Source: Acidimicrobiia bacterium
Lineage (GTDB): Bacteria > Actinomycetota > Acidimicrobiia > Spongiisociales > ZC4RG35
NCBI GenBank assembly: GCA_035292685.1
Contig: DATDPP010000079.1
Coordinates: 21,390-85,389, forward strand
Direction of reading: 5' to 3'
DNA: 64,000 nt
Part shown: positions 18,818 to 28,184 of the stretch, one piece after another
How positions within the stretch are numbered: the first letter of the stretch is position 1
Layout of the letters: each line of letters begins with the position of its first letter
Translations under genes and position numbers: made by a program
The notes under the pieces: model-generated
Databases searched by the model: none
What the model saw: only the letters and a program-made list of their open reading frames with translations
What the model was told of the DNA's origin: nothing

Positions 18818-20010
18818 CCGCCGAGGGCGCACTCTCCGGAATCCGGGTGATCGATCTCTCTCGGGTCCTCGCCGGCCCCCTATGCACCCAAACTCTGGGA
18901 GACCTCGGCGCCGAGGTGATCAAGGTGGAGCGACCCGGCGAGGGCGATGACACCCGGAACTGGGGCCCGCCCTATGCCGGCCCGTTGTCTGCCTACTTCC
19001 TGGGGGTCAACCGCAACAAACAGAGTGTGACTCTGGATCTGGCCTTGCCCAAAGGGCGCGCAGTGCTGGACAGGATGATCCGGTCCGGAGATGTACTGGT
19101 CGACAATTTCAAACGCGGCACCCTCGATCGTTGGGGCTTCGACGATGCGTGGTTCGAATCGAATGCTCCAGGGGTGGTCCGCTGCTCGATCACCGGATAC
19201 GGGTCAACCGGGCCGAAAGCCGACAATCCCGGATATGACTTCATCCTTCAGGCGGAGAGTGGGCTCATGGCCATCACTGGTGAGGTCGATGGCCCACCGA
19301 TGAAGCTGGGAGTGGCGATAGTGGACATCTGCACCGGGATGCAAGCTGCCATCGCCATCCTGGCCGCACTCGAGGCCCGCCATCGGACCGGCGTGGGACA
19401 GCGTTGCGAGGTGAACCTGCATGACACCGGGTTGCATCTTCTGGCGAACGTTGCGTCCAATCACCTGGTGTCGGGCGATGAGCCCGGTCGGTACGGGAAC
19501 GGCCATCCCAACATCGTCCCATATCGGACCTACCGCGCCTCCGATGGTGATCTGGCGCTGGCGGTCGGCAATGACCGACAGTTCGGCGTCCTCGCACAGG
19601 AGTTGGGTCATCCTGAGTGGGCCCAGGAACCACGTTTTGCCACCAACCCGGAACGGGTCAGGAACCGTGATGCGATCGACCAGATGGTGGCGGAGGTGGT
19701 CGTCACGAGATCGAGGGAGGATTGGGTCGAATTGTTTGATCGGGTGGGAATCCCCTCAGGGCCGATCAACCTCGTCTCGGAGGCCCTGGCCAGCCCACAG
19801 ACGAGAGCTCGGCAGATGGTGACCCAGCGGGATCATCCGATCGCTGGGCAGGTTGCGATCTCAGGTCTGCCTATCACACTCTCCGATACACCAACCTCGA
19901 TCCGCCTCGATGCGCCGGCCCTGGGAGCGAACACCGACGAGGTGCTTTTCGATATCGGCTACTCGGTAGAGGAGATCGCCGGATTGAAAGCTGACGGGAT
20001 CGTGATCTGA
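18814..20010 (+). CDS. Family III CoA-transferase (CaiB/BaiF type)
   Basis: 'LSGIRVIDLSRVLAGPLCTQTLGDLGAEVIKVE' and 'GYDFILQAESGLM'. The ATG at 18814 overlaps the upstream stop (ATGA). Confidence 0.9.
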   Translation: MTAEGALSGIRVIDLSRVLAGPLCTQTLGDLGAEVIKVERPGEGDDTRNWGPPYAGPLSAYFLGVNRNKQSVTLDLALPKGRAVLDRMIRSGDVLVDNFKRGTLDRWGFDDAWFESNAPGVVRCSITGYGSTGPKADNPGYDFILQAESGLMAITGEVDGPPMKLGVAIVDICTGMQAAIAILAALEARHRTGVGQRCEVNLHDTGLHLLANVASNHLVSGDEPGRYGNGHPNIVPYRTYRASDGDLALAVGNDRQFGVLAQELGHPEWAQEPRFATNPERVRNRDAIDQMVAEVVVTRSREDWVELFDRVGIPSGPINLVSEALASPQTRARQMVTQRDHPIAGQVAISGLPITLSDTPTSIRLDAPALGANTDEVLFDIGYSVEEIAGLKADGIVI

Positions 20011-20154
20011 CGCTTGGTGCTGTTCAGCAATCAGCAAGCGAGCGAGTGCCCGGCAGATCTCTTGGTGTGGGTGAGTTAGGGAGCCGATGCGCTCTGTGAG
20101 AAAGGTCTTGAGAATCGGCAAATTCCGGCCAGCCCTACCTGGCAATATCCCCTC

Positions 20155-21648
20155 ATGAGCGAGGGTCTGCCCCTAGTCGATCGGGCCCACGGCTGGTCTG
20201 ACCGGATAGCCATCGGAGACGACGATGGCACCTACACCTACCGTGACCTCCTGTCGGGATCCGAGCGGGGGGCGGCCAGGCTTCTCCGAGGAGAGGTCGA
20301 TCTCCATGACGCCCGCATCGCCTTCATGGTCGAGTCGTCTTATCAGTACGTCCGCATCCAGTGGTCGGTGTGGCGTGCCGGTGGCGTGGCTGTTCCGCTC
20401 TGTCTCACCCATCCTGCCCCCGAGTTGGAGTATGTGCTCGACACCACCACTCCCACCGCGGCGGTGGCTTCCCCCAAATACGCCGACCTGCTTCGCCCGT
20501 TGGCCGAGGCGAGAGGAATCGAGTTCCTCCTGGTGGACGAGATGGACGCGGCGCCCGTGACTCTGCCTCGAGTCGGCCCAGCCCGACGGGCGATGATCCT
20601 TTTCACCAGCGGCACCACCGGGCGCCCCAAAGGGGTGGTCACCACACACCCCAACATCGAGGCCCAGATCAGGTCGCTGGTCGAGGCGTGGGAGTGGACC
20701 AAAGACGATCGCATCCTCCTCACCCTGCCACTCCACCACATCCACGGGATCGTCAACGTGATCGGATGCGCCCTGTGGAGCGGAGCTCGCTGCGACATGC
20801 TCTCCGGGTTCGACGCCGCGCGGGTGATCGACCGCTTGGCAGGTGGGGACCTCTCCCTCTACATGGCGGTGCCAACCATCTATCACCGTCTCATCGCACA
20901 CCTGGACCAGGCATCAGAGGAGGAGAGTGAGCGGCTCAAGCTGGGCTCGCGTCGACTCCGCTTGATGGTGTCGGGCTCAGCCGCTCTCCCCATCCCTGTC
21001 CTCGAGCGGTGGCGCGATCTCTCCGACCACACCTTGCTCGAGCGCTACGGGATGACCGAGATCGGGATGGGCCTGTCCAATCCTTACCGTGGTGAGCGCA
21101 TCCCAGGCTCTGTAGGCACCCCTCTCCCCGGTGTCGCGGTCCGCCTGGTCGACGAGGAAGACAGGGTAGTCCCCGAGGGAGAGCCCGGTGAGATCCAGGT
21201 TCGCGGCCCCACCGTCTTCCTCGAGTATTGGGAACGGCCTGAGGACACCGCAGCCGCGTTCACCAGCGATGGCTGGTTCCGCACCGGCGATACCGCGGTG
21301 ATCGAAGTCGGCCGCTATCGAATCCTGGGGCGGTCCTCGGTAGACATCCTCAAGTCGGGCGGAGAGAAGGTCTCCGCCCTAGAGATCGAGGATGTGCTCC
21401 TCCAACACGAAGCGATCAGCGAAGCCGCTGTGGTCGGGATCGATGATCCCGAGTGGGGCCAGCGGGTGGTGGCGGTCGTGGTGACCAGGCATCCAGTCGA
21501 CGCCCAGGACCTCAAGCAATGGGCTCGCGGAATCCTCGCTCCGCACAAGGTCCCCAAGGATTTCTACTTCACTGACGCCCTTCCTCGCAACCCCCTGGGC
21601 AAGACACTGAAGCCCGAAGTGGTTCGGTTCGTGACCGAACTGGTCTGA
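20155..21648 (+). CDS. AMP-dependent acyl-CoA synthetase/ligase (ANL superfamily)
   Basis: 'FTSGTTGRPKGV' AMP motif, 'GWFRTGD' and 'LPRNPLGKTLK'. No SD is present; a CAATAT -10-like hexamer ends 6 nt upstream of the ATG, so the mRNA may be leaderless. Confidence 0.9.
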   Translation: MSEGLPLVDRAHGWSDRIAIGDDDGTYTYRDLLSGSERGAARLLRGEVDLHDARIAFMVESSYQYVRIQWSVWRAGGVAVPLCLTHPAPELEYVLDTTTPTAAVASPKYADLLRPLAEARGIEFLLVDEMDAAPVTLPRVGPARRAMILFTSGTTGRPKGVVTTHPNIEAQIRSLVEAWEWTKDDRILLTLPLHHIHGIVNVIGCALWSGARCDMLSGFDAARVIDRLAGGDLSLYMAVPTIYHRLIAHLDQASEEESERLKLGSRRLRLMVSGSAALPIPVLERWRDLSDHTLLERYGMTEIGMGLSNPYRGERIPGSVGTPLPGVAVRLVDEEDRVVPEGEPGEIQVRGPTVFLEYWERPEDTAAAFTSDGWFRTGDTAVIEVGRYRILGRSSVDILKSGGEKVSALEIEDVLLQHEAISEAAVVGIDDPEWGQRVVAVVVTRHPVDAQDLKQWARGILAPHKVPKDFYFTDALPRNPLGKTLKPEVVRFVTELV

Positions 21649-21803
21649 GCTGCGGTCAGCGCCTGCTCCTCTCTCCCGACATTCCCATCCTGCGCCGATT
21701 CCCCAGCCAGACCGAGTCGACGATCGGGTTGAGTAATGAGGTTGGCCGGATCCCGGACGTGAACTGGGGCACGGCGAGAGTGATCGCCAGCCACCCAGGG
21801 CCA

Positions 21804-22139
21804 TCAGCAGGGCGAGGGACAGGCGGCGTGTCGCCAGCAGGTCACCATGCGTACTAGGACGACGACCATGAGATAAAGCCACGACAACCCGCAGAACAGT
21901 GCGAGGCGACCGAGGTTGTTGCCGGCCGGCACCGCGGGGCCTATGAGTTCGAGGAATACCCAGTGGACATGTTTGGAGGGATGAGAGAGACGACGACCTC
22001 GCCAACTTTGGGCCACCAGGTGCTGGTCGTTCCGGCTAAGGGTTTGGCAATTCCAACACAGTCGAGAACAGGTCCAAATGCCGCAGGCGATCACCTCGAC
22101 CAGCGTCGAGCCTGGTCCGCGTTTGTAGACTTGGCTCAT
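21804..22139 (-). CDS. Hypothetical small Cys-rich protein with one C-terminal hydrophobic helix (doubtful gene)
   Basis: 111 aa ORF with codon bias similar to its neighbours. Contains 'CGIWTCSRLCWNC' (C-x4-C-x3-C-x2-C) and 'LALFCGLSWLYLMVVVLV'. Its ATG overlaps the divergent LacI ATG by 2 nt, which argues against it being real. Confidence 0.25.
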   Translation of the reverse strand: MSQVYKRGPGSTLVEVIACGIWTCSRLCWNCQTLSRNDQHLVAQSWRGRRLSHPSKHVHWVFLELIGPAVPAGNNLGRLALFCGLSWLYLMVVVLVRMVTCWRHAACPSPC

Positions 22140-23163
22140 GCAGCGGGCTGTCACACTCCGTGAGGTCGCCCATCGGGCCGAGGTGCATCCCTCAACTGCC
22201 TCCCGGGCGCTCAATCCCGCCACCCGGGACCTGGTCAACGAGGACACCGCCGAGCGGGTGATAAGGGCCGCCAAGGATCTCGGCTACCGGCCCAACTCTA
22301 TGGCCCGCGGGCTCAAGACCAACAAGACCTTCTCGATCGGCATGCTTCTCCCCGATCTCACCAACCCCCTCTTCCCCCCCATCGTCCGAGCGATGGAGGA
22401 CACCCTTGGGGCGGCCGACTACACCCTGATCCTCGGGAATACCGACAACGACGCCGAACGCGAGCAGCATCTGCTCGCCTCGATGATCAACCGACGGGTA
22501 GATGGGCTGATCCTTGCTACCGCCCACCGCCACACCCCCGCCATCGCTGAGCTGGTGGCGTCCGGATTGCCGTTGGTCCTTGTCAACCGGACGGTCGATG
22601 ATCAACAGGTGCCATCGGTGACGACCGATGATCATGCCGGTATTGGCCTGGCGGTCCAACACCTGGTGGAGCTGGGTCATACCCGCATAGCCCACGTGGG
22701 TGGTCCCCAGCATCTCTCCACAGGTTTGAGCCGATACCAGGGCTTTCTCGCCTGGATGAAGATCATGGGTCTCGACACCGACCCCCAATTGGTGAGTTTC
22801 GCTGACTGGTATCACGAGGATCCCGGCGCCAAAGCCTTCTGGTCCATTCTCGACCGACGCGCTGACTTCACGGCCGTTGTGGCTGCCAACGACTTGATAG
22901 CCATTGGCTGCTACGACGTCCTCAACGACATCGGCCGCTCGATCGGAGGTGAGGTGTCGGTGGTGGGATACAACGACATGCCTTTCGCCGACAAGCTCTC
23001 CCCACCTCTCACCACCGTCCGGATCCCTCATTATCAGATCGGAGTTAGGGCGGCCGAATTGCTGCTCGATCTCATCAACGACACGAACGGGTCACAGCCA
23101 GTATCGATCAAGCTGACCCCGTCCCTGGTGGTGCGCCGCTCCACGGGGCCGATCGGGGAATGA
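22138..23163 (+). CDS. LacI-family transcriptional regulator
   Basis: 'VTLREVAHRAEVHPSTASRALN' HTH at the N-terminus, followed by a periplasmic-binding-protein-like effector domain. Confidence 0.9.
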   Translation: MQRAVTLREVAHRAEVHPSTASRALNPATRDLVNEDTAERVIRAAKDLGYRPNSMARGLKTNKTFSIGMLLPDLTNPLFPPIVRAMEDTLGAADYTLILGNTDNDAEREQHLLASMINRRVDGLILATAHRHTPAIAELVASGLPLVLVNRTVDDQQVPSVTTDDHAGIGLAVQHLVELGHTRIAHVGGPQHLSTGLSRYQGFLAWMKIMGLDTDPQLVSFADWYHEDPGAKAFWSILDRRADFTAVVAANDLIAIGCYDVLNDIGRSIGGEVSVVGYNDMPFADKLSPPLTTVRIPHYQIGVRAAELLLDLINDTNGSQPVSIKLTPSLVVRRSTGPIGE

Positions 23164-23230
23164 GATTCCCCAAGCTGTGAATCGCAAAGCCCAAATCGCA
23201 GGTTCCGGCCGTCAGCCATTACAAACGATT

Positions 23231-23248
23231 GCTACAGTCGATTGCGGC
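23231..23248. promoter_or_regulatory. Candidate LacI-type operator GCTACAGTCGATTGCGGC (imperfect palindrome centred on TCGA)
   Basis: 12/18 self-complementary. CGATTGC is also repeated 13 bp upstream (23226..23232). Lies between the LacI gene and the Liv-type binding-protein gene. Confidence 0.35.
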
Positions 23249-23308
23249 GCAGCCTATAGCTGGCTATCGCTCTAAAGACTGACCCAAGAACCCTGGGAGG
23301 AGAACGTG

Positions 23309-24691
23309 ATGAGGAGTTCCTCAAGGTGGGTGATCTGGCTGGCCGCCCTATCACTGACGGTTGCCGCCTGTGCAGGCGACACCACCACCACAACTACCGA
23401 AGCCACCAGCGGCACGACCGCGGCGCCCACCGAGACCACGGAGGGGGCGACCGACACCACCGCTGCCGCAGGTGAGCCGATCGTCCTAGCCGCATCGGTT
23501 CCGCTTACCGGTGACTTCCAGAACCCTGGCACCAAACACCGGGACGGCTACCAACTCTGCGTCGACATCATCAACGAGAAGGGCGGACTTCTGGGACGGC
23601 CGGTCGAGTTGATAATCGAGGACAACCGCTCCGACCCAGAAGTTGCCGTGACCCAGTATGAGCGTTTCATCAACGTCGACCAGGTCGACGCCCTTCTGGG
23701 GACATTCTCCAGCCTGATCAGCTTCCCGACTACATCGGTGGCGGAGCAGGCCGGGTATGTCTACCCGGTCGCCTCCGGGGGAGCCTCGCGTATCTGGGAA
23801 CGCGGTTACCAGAACATCTTCTACTTCCAGCAGCAAACTGCGGAGGGCATCGGTCAGAATGTGTTCCAGATGCTCGAGCATTATCGGGACACAGGTGTGA
23901 TCGCTGAGGAGGACTACCCGGAGACGGTGGCGATGGTGTATGCCGATGACTTCTTCGCCGCCGCCATCATCAACGGCTTGGTCGGTGGTGAGATCAGCTT
24001 CCCCGATAGCGAGGACACCATCAGCCTGGCGCCGGGCTATCTGGCCGACTACGGGTTCGAGAGTGTCTTCGAAGAGCAGTGGCCGGTCGACTTCACTGAC
24101 TGGGTGACATTGGCCAACTCGATCAAGGGGGCCGACGCCGACATGCTGGTGGTTACCACCGCCTCTCCCGATGAGGCGATTTCCTTGGTGAAGGCGTTGC
24201 AGACCGTCGACTATCAGCCCGAGTTCGCCTACTTCTCCCAGGGAACCCAGATCGAGTTCTACGACAACCTCCAGGAGGCATCCAACGGAACGGTGATCCA
24301 CAGCGCCTATCACCTGGCGGCGAACTGGGAAGGCACCCTGCTGGGTGAGCCCTACACCAATGCCGACTTCATCGCGGCCTGGAATGCGGAGTACGGCCGG
24401 GACCCCGACGAAGACGAGGCAATCCCGTTTGCCGTCTGCCAGGGGATGACCCAGGCCATAGAGGCCACCGGTGGCACCGACCAGGCTGCGATGCGGGACT
24501 GGCTGGCGAGCCGCACCGCCGACGACCCGGTGAAGACCATCCTCGGTGACTTCTACTGGGACGAGCGTGGAGTGCCGATCGACCGTTCGGTCATCATGAC
24601 TCAATGGGACAACGGGACCCTGGACTTCGCCTACCCGGTCGGGGAATTCGAGGGCACCACCGATCTGGTCTACCCCAAGCCCGAGTGGTAG
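23309..24691 (+). CDS. ABC transporter substrate-binding lipoprotein, Liv/branched-chain-amino-acid type (Peripla_BP_6-like)
   Basis: Signal peptide plus lipobox 'LTVAAC', then a Thr-rich linker and 'GTFSS' Liv-type core motifs. The ribosome-binding site GGGAGGAG ends 6 nt before the ATG at 23309. Confidence 0.85.
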   Translation: MRSSSRWVIWLAALSLTVAACAGDTTTTTTEATSGTTAAPTETTEGATDTTAAAGEPIVLAASVPLTGDFQNPGTKHRDGYQLCVDIINEKGGLLGRPVELIIEDNRSDPEVAVTQYERFINVDQVDALLGTFSSLISFPTTSVAEQAGYVYPVASGGASRIWERGYQNIFYFQQQTAEGIGQNVFQMLEHYRDTGVIAEEDYPETVAMVYADDFFAAAIINGLVGGEISFPDSEDTISLAPGYLADYGFESVFEEQWPVDFTDWVTLANSIKGADADMLVVTTASPDEAISLVKALQTVDYQPEFAYFSQGTQIEFYDNLQEASNGTVIHSAYHLAANWEGTLLGEPYTNADFIAAWNAEYGRDPDEDEAIPFAVCQGMTQAIEATGGTDQAAMRDWLASRTADDPVKTILGDFYWDERGVPIDRSVIMTQWDNGTLDFAYPVGEFEGTTDLVYPKPEW

Positions 24692-24714
24692 AAGAAACAC
24701 GTGGTAATTGGCGC

Positions 24715-24765
24715 GCGGCACGCGAGTGGTGAGTGATCGCCAACTCCGGGCCGCGTGCCGCTTTT
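24715..24765 (+). terminator. Stem-loop GCGGCACGCG...CGCGTGCCGC followed by TTTT; candidate attenuator/partial terminator after the binding-protein gene
   Basis: 10-bp perfect inverted repeat with a 27-nt loop, 24 nt after the stop at 24691 and just before the ATPase gene. Confidence 0.4.
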
Positions 24766-24791
24766 GACGGACGAACGCAGCGTGCCACTTG

Positions 24792-25526
24792 ATGCCTTTA
24801 CTTGACGTCGCCGGCATGACCAAGGTGTTCGGCGGTTTGCAGGCGGTCAACAACTGCTCCTTCACAGTCGAGCCCGGAGTCATCACCGGGCTGATCGGAC
24901 CGAACGGAGCCGGCAAGACCACAGCCTTCAACATGATCTCCGGAGTCCTCCGACCCGACGCGGGGATCGTTCGCTTCGAGGGCACAGACATCACCGGTCT
25001 CATGCCACACAAGGTCGCGAGACACGGTGTGGGCCGGACCTTCCAGATCACGCGTGAGCTCGGTGAGATGTCCGTCCTGGAGAACATGGTGGTGCCCACG
25101 GCACGCGGGAGCCTCAGCCAATTGTTGGGGCCCCGGGTGTTTCGCCATGAGCAAGAACGGGCGATGGAACTGCTCCACTTCGTCGGGATCGCCCAACTAG
25201 CCGAAGAGAAGGCCAAGACCCTCTCCTTCGGTCAGCGAAAGCTGCTCGAGTTCGCCTCGGTTCTGATGGCCGATCCCAAGCTGGTCATGCTCGACGAGCC
25301 GGCCGGCGGGATCAACCCCGCTCTTCTCGAGCGGATGATGGAACGGATCCGGACTCTCAACGGCCAGGGGCTGACCTTTCTAATCGTCGAGCACAACATG
25401 GACCTGGTGATGAGTCTGTGCCGGTCCATCGTGGTGATGGCGCACGGAGAAGTGCTGCTCACCGGCCCGCCCGACGTCATCCAGAAGGATCATCGGGTGC
25501 TCGACGCTTACCTGGGTAAAGCCTGA
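24792..25526 (+). CDS. ABC transporter ATP-binding protein (LivG-like)
   Basis: Walker A 'GPNGAGKTT', signature 'LSFGQRKLLE', Walker B 'VMLDEP'. Confidence 0.9.
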   Translation: MPLLDVAGMTKVFGGLQAVNNCSFTVEPGVITGLIGPNGAGKTTAFNMISGVLRPDAGIVRFEGTDITGLMPHKVARHGVGRTFQITRELGEMSVLENMVVPTARGSLSQLLGPRVFRHEQERAMELLHFVGIAQLAEEKAKTLSFGQRKLLEFASVLMADPKLVMLDEPAGGINPALLERMMERIRTLNGQGLTFLIVEHNMDLVMSLCRSIVVMAHGEVLLTGPPDVIQKDHRVLDAYLGKA

Positions 25527-26284
25527 TGGCATTGCTCGAAGTCAAAGATGTGAGCAGTGGGTATGGCTACGGGCCCGACATCCTCAACAGGGTGTCGTTG
25601 TCGGTGGAATCGGGCACCGCTTACTGCATCATCGGCCCCAACGGCGCCGGCAAGTCGACGTTGCTCAAGACCGTGGCCGGCTTGCTCCAACCGCGTCGGG
25701 GCGAGATCCTGTTCGACGGCCAACCGATCGGCGGGATGAGGCCCGACCTGGTCCTGGCCACCGGGATCTGTTACGTCCCCCAGGACCGGAGTCTGTTCCC
25801 TGAGATGACAGTGCGCGAGAACCTGATCATGGGTGGGTTTCTCGAACGCGACCGCGCCGTTCTGTCCGACCGAATGGAACAGGTGTTCGAGATGTTCCCG
25901 GTGCTCGCGGACCGGGCCAGCCAACACGCAGTGACGATGTCGGGTGGAGAGCAGCAGATGCTGGCGCTGGGCAGGGCACTCATGATCCAGCCTCGAGTGA
26001 TGATGATCGATGAGCCCAGCCTGGGTCTGGCCCCACAGGTGGCAGATCAGATATTCGACATCATCCGCAGGCTCGGCGAACTCCAAATCACCCTGCTGCT
26101 GGTGGAACAGAATGTGGTCAGGGGCCTGGCGGCCACCGATTGGTCTTTTCTCCTCGATCTCGGGGTGTTGCGACTGGAGGCGCCTTCTGATGAGATACTG
26201 GACGACCCCCGGATCCGTGAGCTGTACCTGGGGCGTCAGCTGGCCGGAAGCCACCCCCCCACCGACCAGGGGGAGGAGTCGTGA
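25526..26284 (+). CDS. ABC transporter ATP-binding protein (LivF-like)
   Basis: Walker A 'GPNGAGKST', signature 'MSGGEQQMLA', Walker B 'MMIDEPS'. Confidence 0.9.
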   Translation: MALLEVKDVSSGYGYGPDILNRVSLSVESGTAYCIIGPNGAGKSTLLKTVAGLLQPRRGEILFDGQPIGGMRPDLVLATGICYVPQDRSLFPEMTVRENLIMGGFLERDRAVLSDRMEQVFEMFPVLADRASQHAVTMSGGEQQMLALGRALMIQPRVMMIDEPSLGLAPQVADQIFDIIRRLGELQITLLLVEQNVVRGLAATDWSFLLDLGVLRLEAPSDEILDDPRIRELYLGRQLAGSHPPTDQGEES

Positions 26285-27156
26285 CCCACACCATCCAGGT
26301 CGTCATCCTCGGACTGTTGCTGGGCGGCGTCTATGCCCTGATGGCGTCCGGTCTCACCCTGATGTTTGGTGTCATGCGGATCGTCAACCTGGCCCACGGT
26401 GCGTTCATCGTCGTCGCCGCCTACATGGCCTACCTGTTGTTTCAGGGGCCCGGCTGGGACCCGTTTCTATCACTCGTGGTGATCATGCCCGCCATGTTTC
26501 TGCTGGGTGTCCTGATCTATCGCTTCCTTTTCCCCCCTATCGAATCGAGCCCGCGCTTCGGTGAGATGACGGTCCTCCTAACCTTCGCCGTCGCCCTCAT
26601 CGTCGAAGGCTTGCTCGGCTTCTTCTTCACCGGGACGTTTCGAACCACGGATCCTCCCTACAGCACGGAGGCCATCCTGATCGGGGACCTGTTCATACCC
26701 AAGGCCCAGCTGTATGCCTCGATCACCAGCCTGGTGCTGCTCGCCGGTCTTGGTGCCTTCCTCAGGCTCACGCGCACCGGTTACGCGGTAAGGGCCACCA
26801 TGCAGAACCGCACCGCCGCCCAGATCGTCGGGGTCAATGTCCGGGGTGTGTCCACCCTCTCCTTTGGGATTGGCATGGCATTGGCCGGCGCTTCAGGCTC
26901 GTTGATCAGCTTCCTCTTCCCCTTCTTCCCGAATAGCCATTGGCGATGGATCGCCATCCTGCTTTCGCTGATCGTCCTTGGCGGTCTGGGCAGTATCAAG
27001 GGCGCAGTGATCGGGGCGTTGCTTCTGGCCGTGACGGCGGCACTGATCAGCGATCAATTCGGGCCGACCTGGTCGCCGATGACCTTCTTTGGGGCCCTGT
27101 TCCTGATACTCCTGATCCGGCCCAGGGGTCTGTTCGGCCAGGAAACGAGGGTTTGA
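26281..27156 (+). CDS. Branched-chain-type ABC permease (LivH-like)
   Basis: Polytopic hydrophobic protein; 'NLAHGAF' is typical of the LivH family. Confidence 0.85.
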   Translation: MTHTIQVVILGLLLGGVYALMASGLTLMFGVMRIVNLAHGAFIVVAAYMAYLLFQGPGWDPFLSLVVIMPAMFLLGVLIYRFLFPPIESSPRFGEMTVLLTFAVALIVEGLLGFFFTGTFRTTDPPYSTEAILIGDLFIPKAQLYASITSLVLLAGLGAFLRLTRTGYAVRATMQNRTAAQIVGVNVRGVSTLSFGIGMALAGASGSLISFLFPFFPNSHWRWIAILLSLIVLGGLGSIKGAVIGALLLAVTAALISDQFGPTWSPMTFFGALFLILLIRPRGLFGQETRV

Positions 27157-28184
27157 TGACCAAGCTCGAGAAGGTGGATCCCGCCGGCACTCCGACCCGG
27201 CCGACGAAAGAGGCCGCCTCTTCCCGCGGTGGCTACCTCGTTGTGATCATCGTCACCCTGTTTCTCGTCCTACTGCCCCTGGCCCGGCCCCTGATCGGCC
27301 AGCCTTACAACTATGTGCTCCAGATCGGAATGGTCGGGCTGATGTGGGTGGCCCTGGCCTCCTCGTGGAACCTGATCGGTGGGTTCACCGGGTACATATC
27401 GCTCGGTCACAACGTCTTCTATGGCATCGGTGGCTATGCCTCGGGACTGATCCTCCTCTATTTTGGTCTCTCACCGTTGTTGACATTCCCGATCGCCGGT
27501 CTCATCGCGGTCGTTTTCGGTTTCGTCGTCGGGTTGGTCACCCTCCGCACCCGGGGGCCGGCTTTCATCATCTCCACGATCGCCCTGCTGCTGATGGTGG
27601 GGCTGCTGTTCGACAACTGGGAGTTCGCAGGCGGCTCCAACGGGCTGAGCCTCCCGCTACCCCCCTTCCCACTGGAGACGGTGAAGGTCCCCTTCTATTA
27701 CGCGATGCTGGTGATTGCCATCGGCTCGGTGTACCTCGGCTATCGGGTGGCCCACTCCAAGTTCGGTCTGGCGCTGCGGGCCATCGCCCAGGACGAGACC
27801 AAGGCCGAGGTAGCCGGCATCGACACCCGCCGGATGAAGATCGCTGCCTTCTCCATCAGTGCCTTCTTCATAGCGGCGGCGGGGGCGGTTTGGGGTTACT
27901 CCCTCACCTACCTCCGACCCACCATCTTTTTCACAATCGCAATTGCTGCTGAGATGGTGCTCATGGCGATCATCGGCGGTCGGGGCACTGTCTCCGGGCC
28001 GGTCGTAGGAGCCATTCTGCTGGTCGCCCTGAACGAGATCTCCGTTTCTCAGTTCGGTTCGAACGAGCTGAACATCGTGGTGACCGGGGTAATGCTGCTC
28101 GTCGTGTTGATGTTCTTCCCCTTGGGGGTGGTTGGGACGTTGCGCGAACGTGGGCATCTGCCAAGCTTTCTCGATTGGGATTGA
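27156..28184 (+). CDS. Branched-chain-type ABC permease (LivM-like)
   Basis: Polytopic protein with 'GYISLGHNVFYGIGGY'. The ATG at 27156 overlaps the upstream TGA (TGATG). Confidence 0.85.
   Translation: MTKLEKVDPAGTPTRPTKEAASSRGGYLVVIIVTLFLVLLPLARPLIGQPYNYVLQIGMVGLMWVALASSWNLIGGFTGYISLGHNVFYGIGGYASGLILLYFGLSPLLTFPIAGLIAVVFGFVVGLVTLRTRGPAFIISTIALLLMVGLLFDNWEFAGGSNGLSLPLPPFPLETVKVPFYYAMLVIAIGSVYLGYRVAHSKFGLALRAIAQDETKAEVAGIDTRRMKIAAFSISAFFIAAAGAVWGYSLTYLRPTIFFTIAIAAEMVLMAIIGGRGTVSGPVVGAILLVALNEISVSQFGSNELNIVVTGVMLLVVLMFFPLGVVGTLRERGHLPSFLDWD

Noticed and set aside
23375-23470. Thr/Ala/Glu-rich repetitive stretch (and the similar Thr/Asp/Pro stretch at about 61770..61860) as possible tandem repeats or a CRISPR-like array.
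   Set aside because: Both lie inside the binding-protein genes immediately after the lipobox Cys. They encode the low-complexity linkers typical of actinobacterial lipoproteins, and there is no repeat-spacer periodicity.
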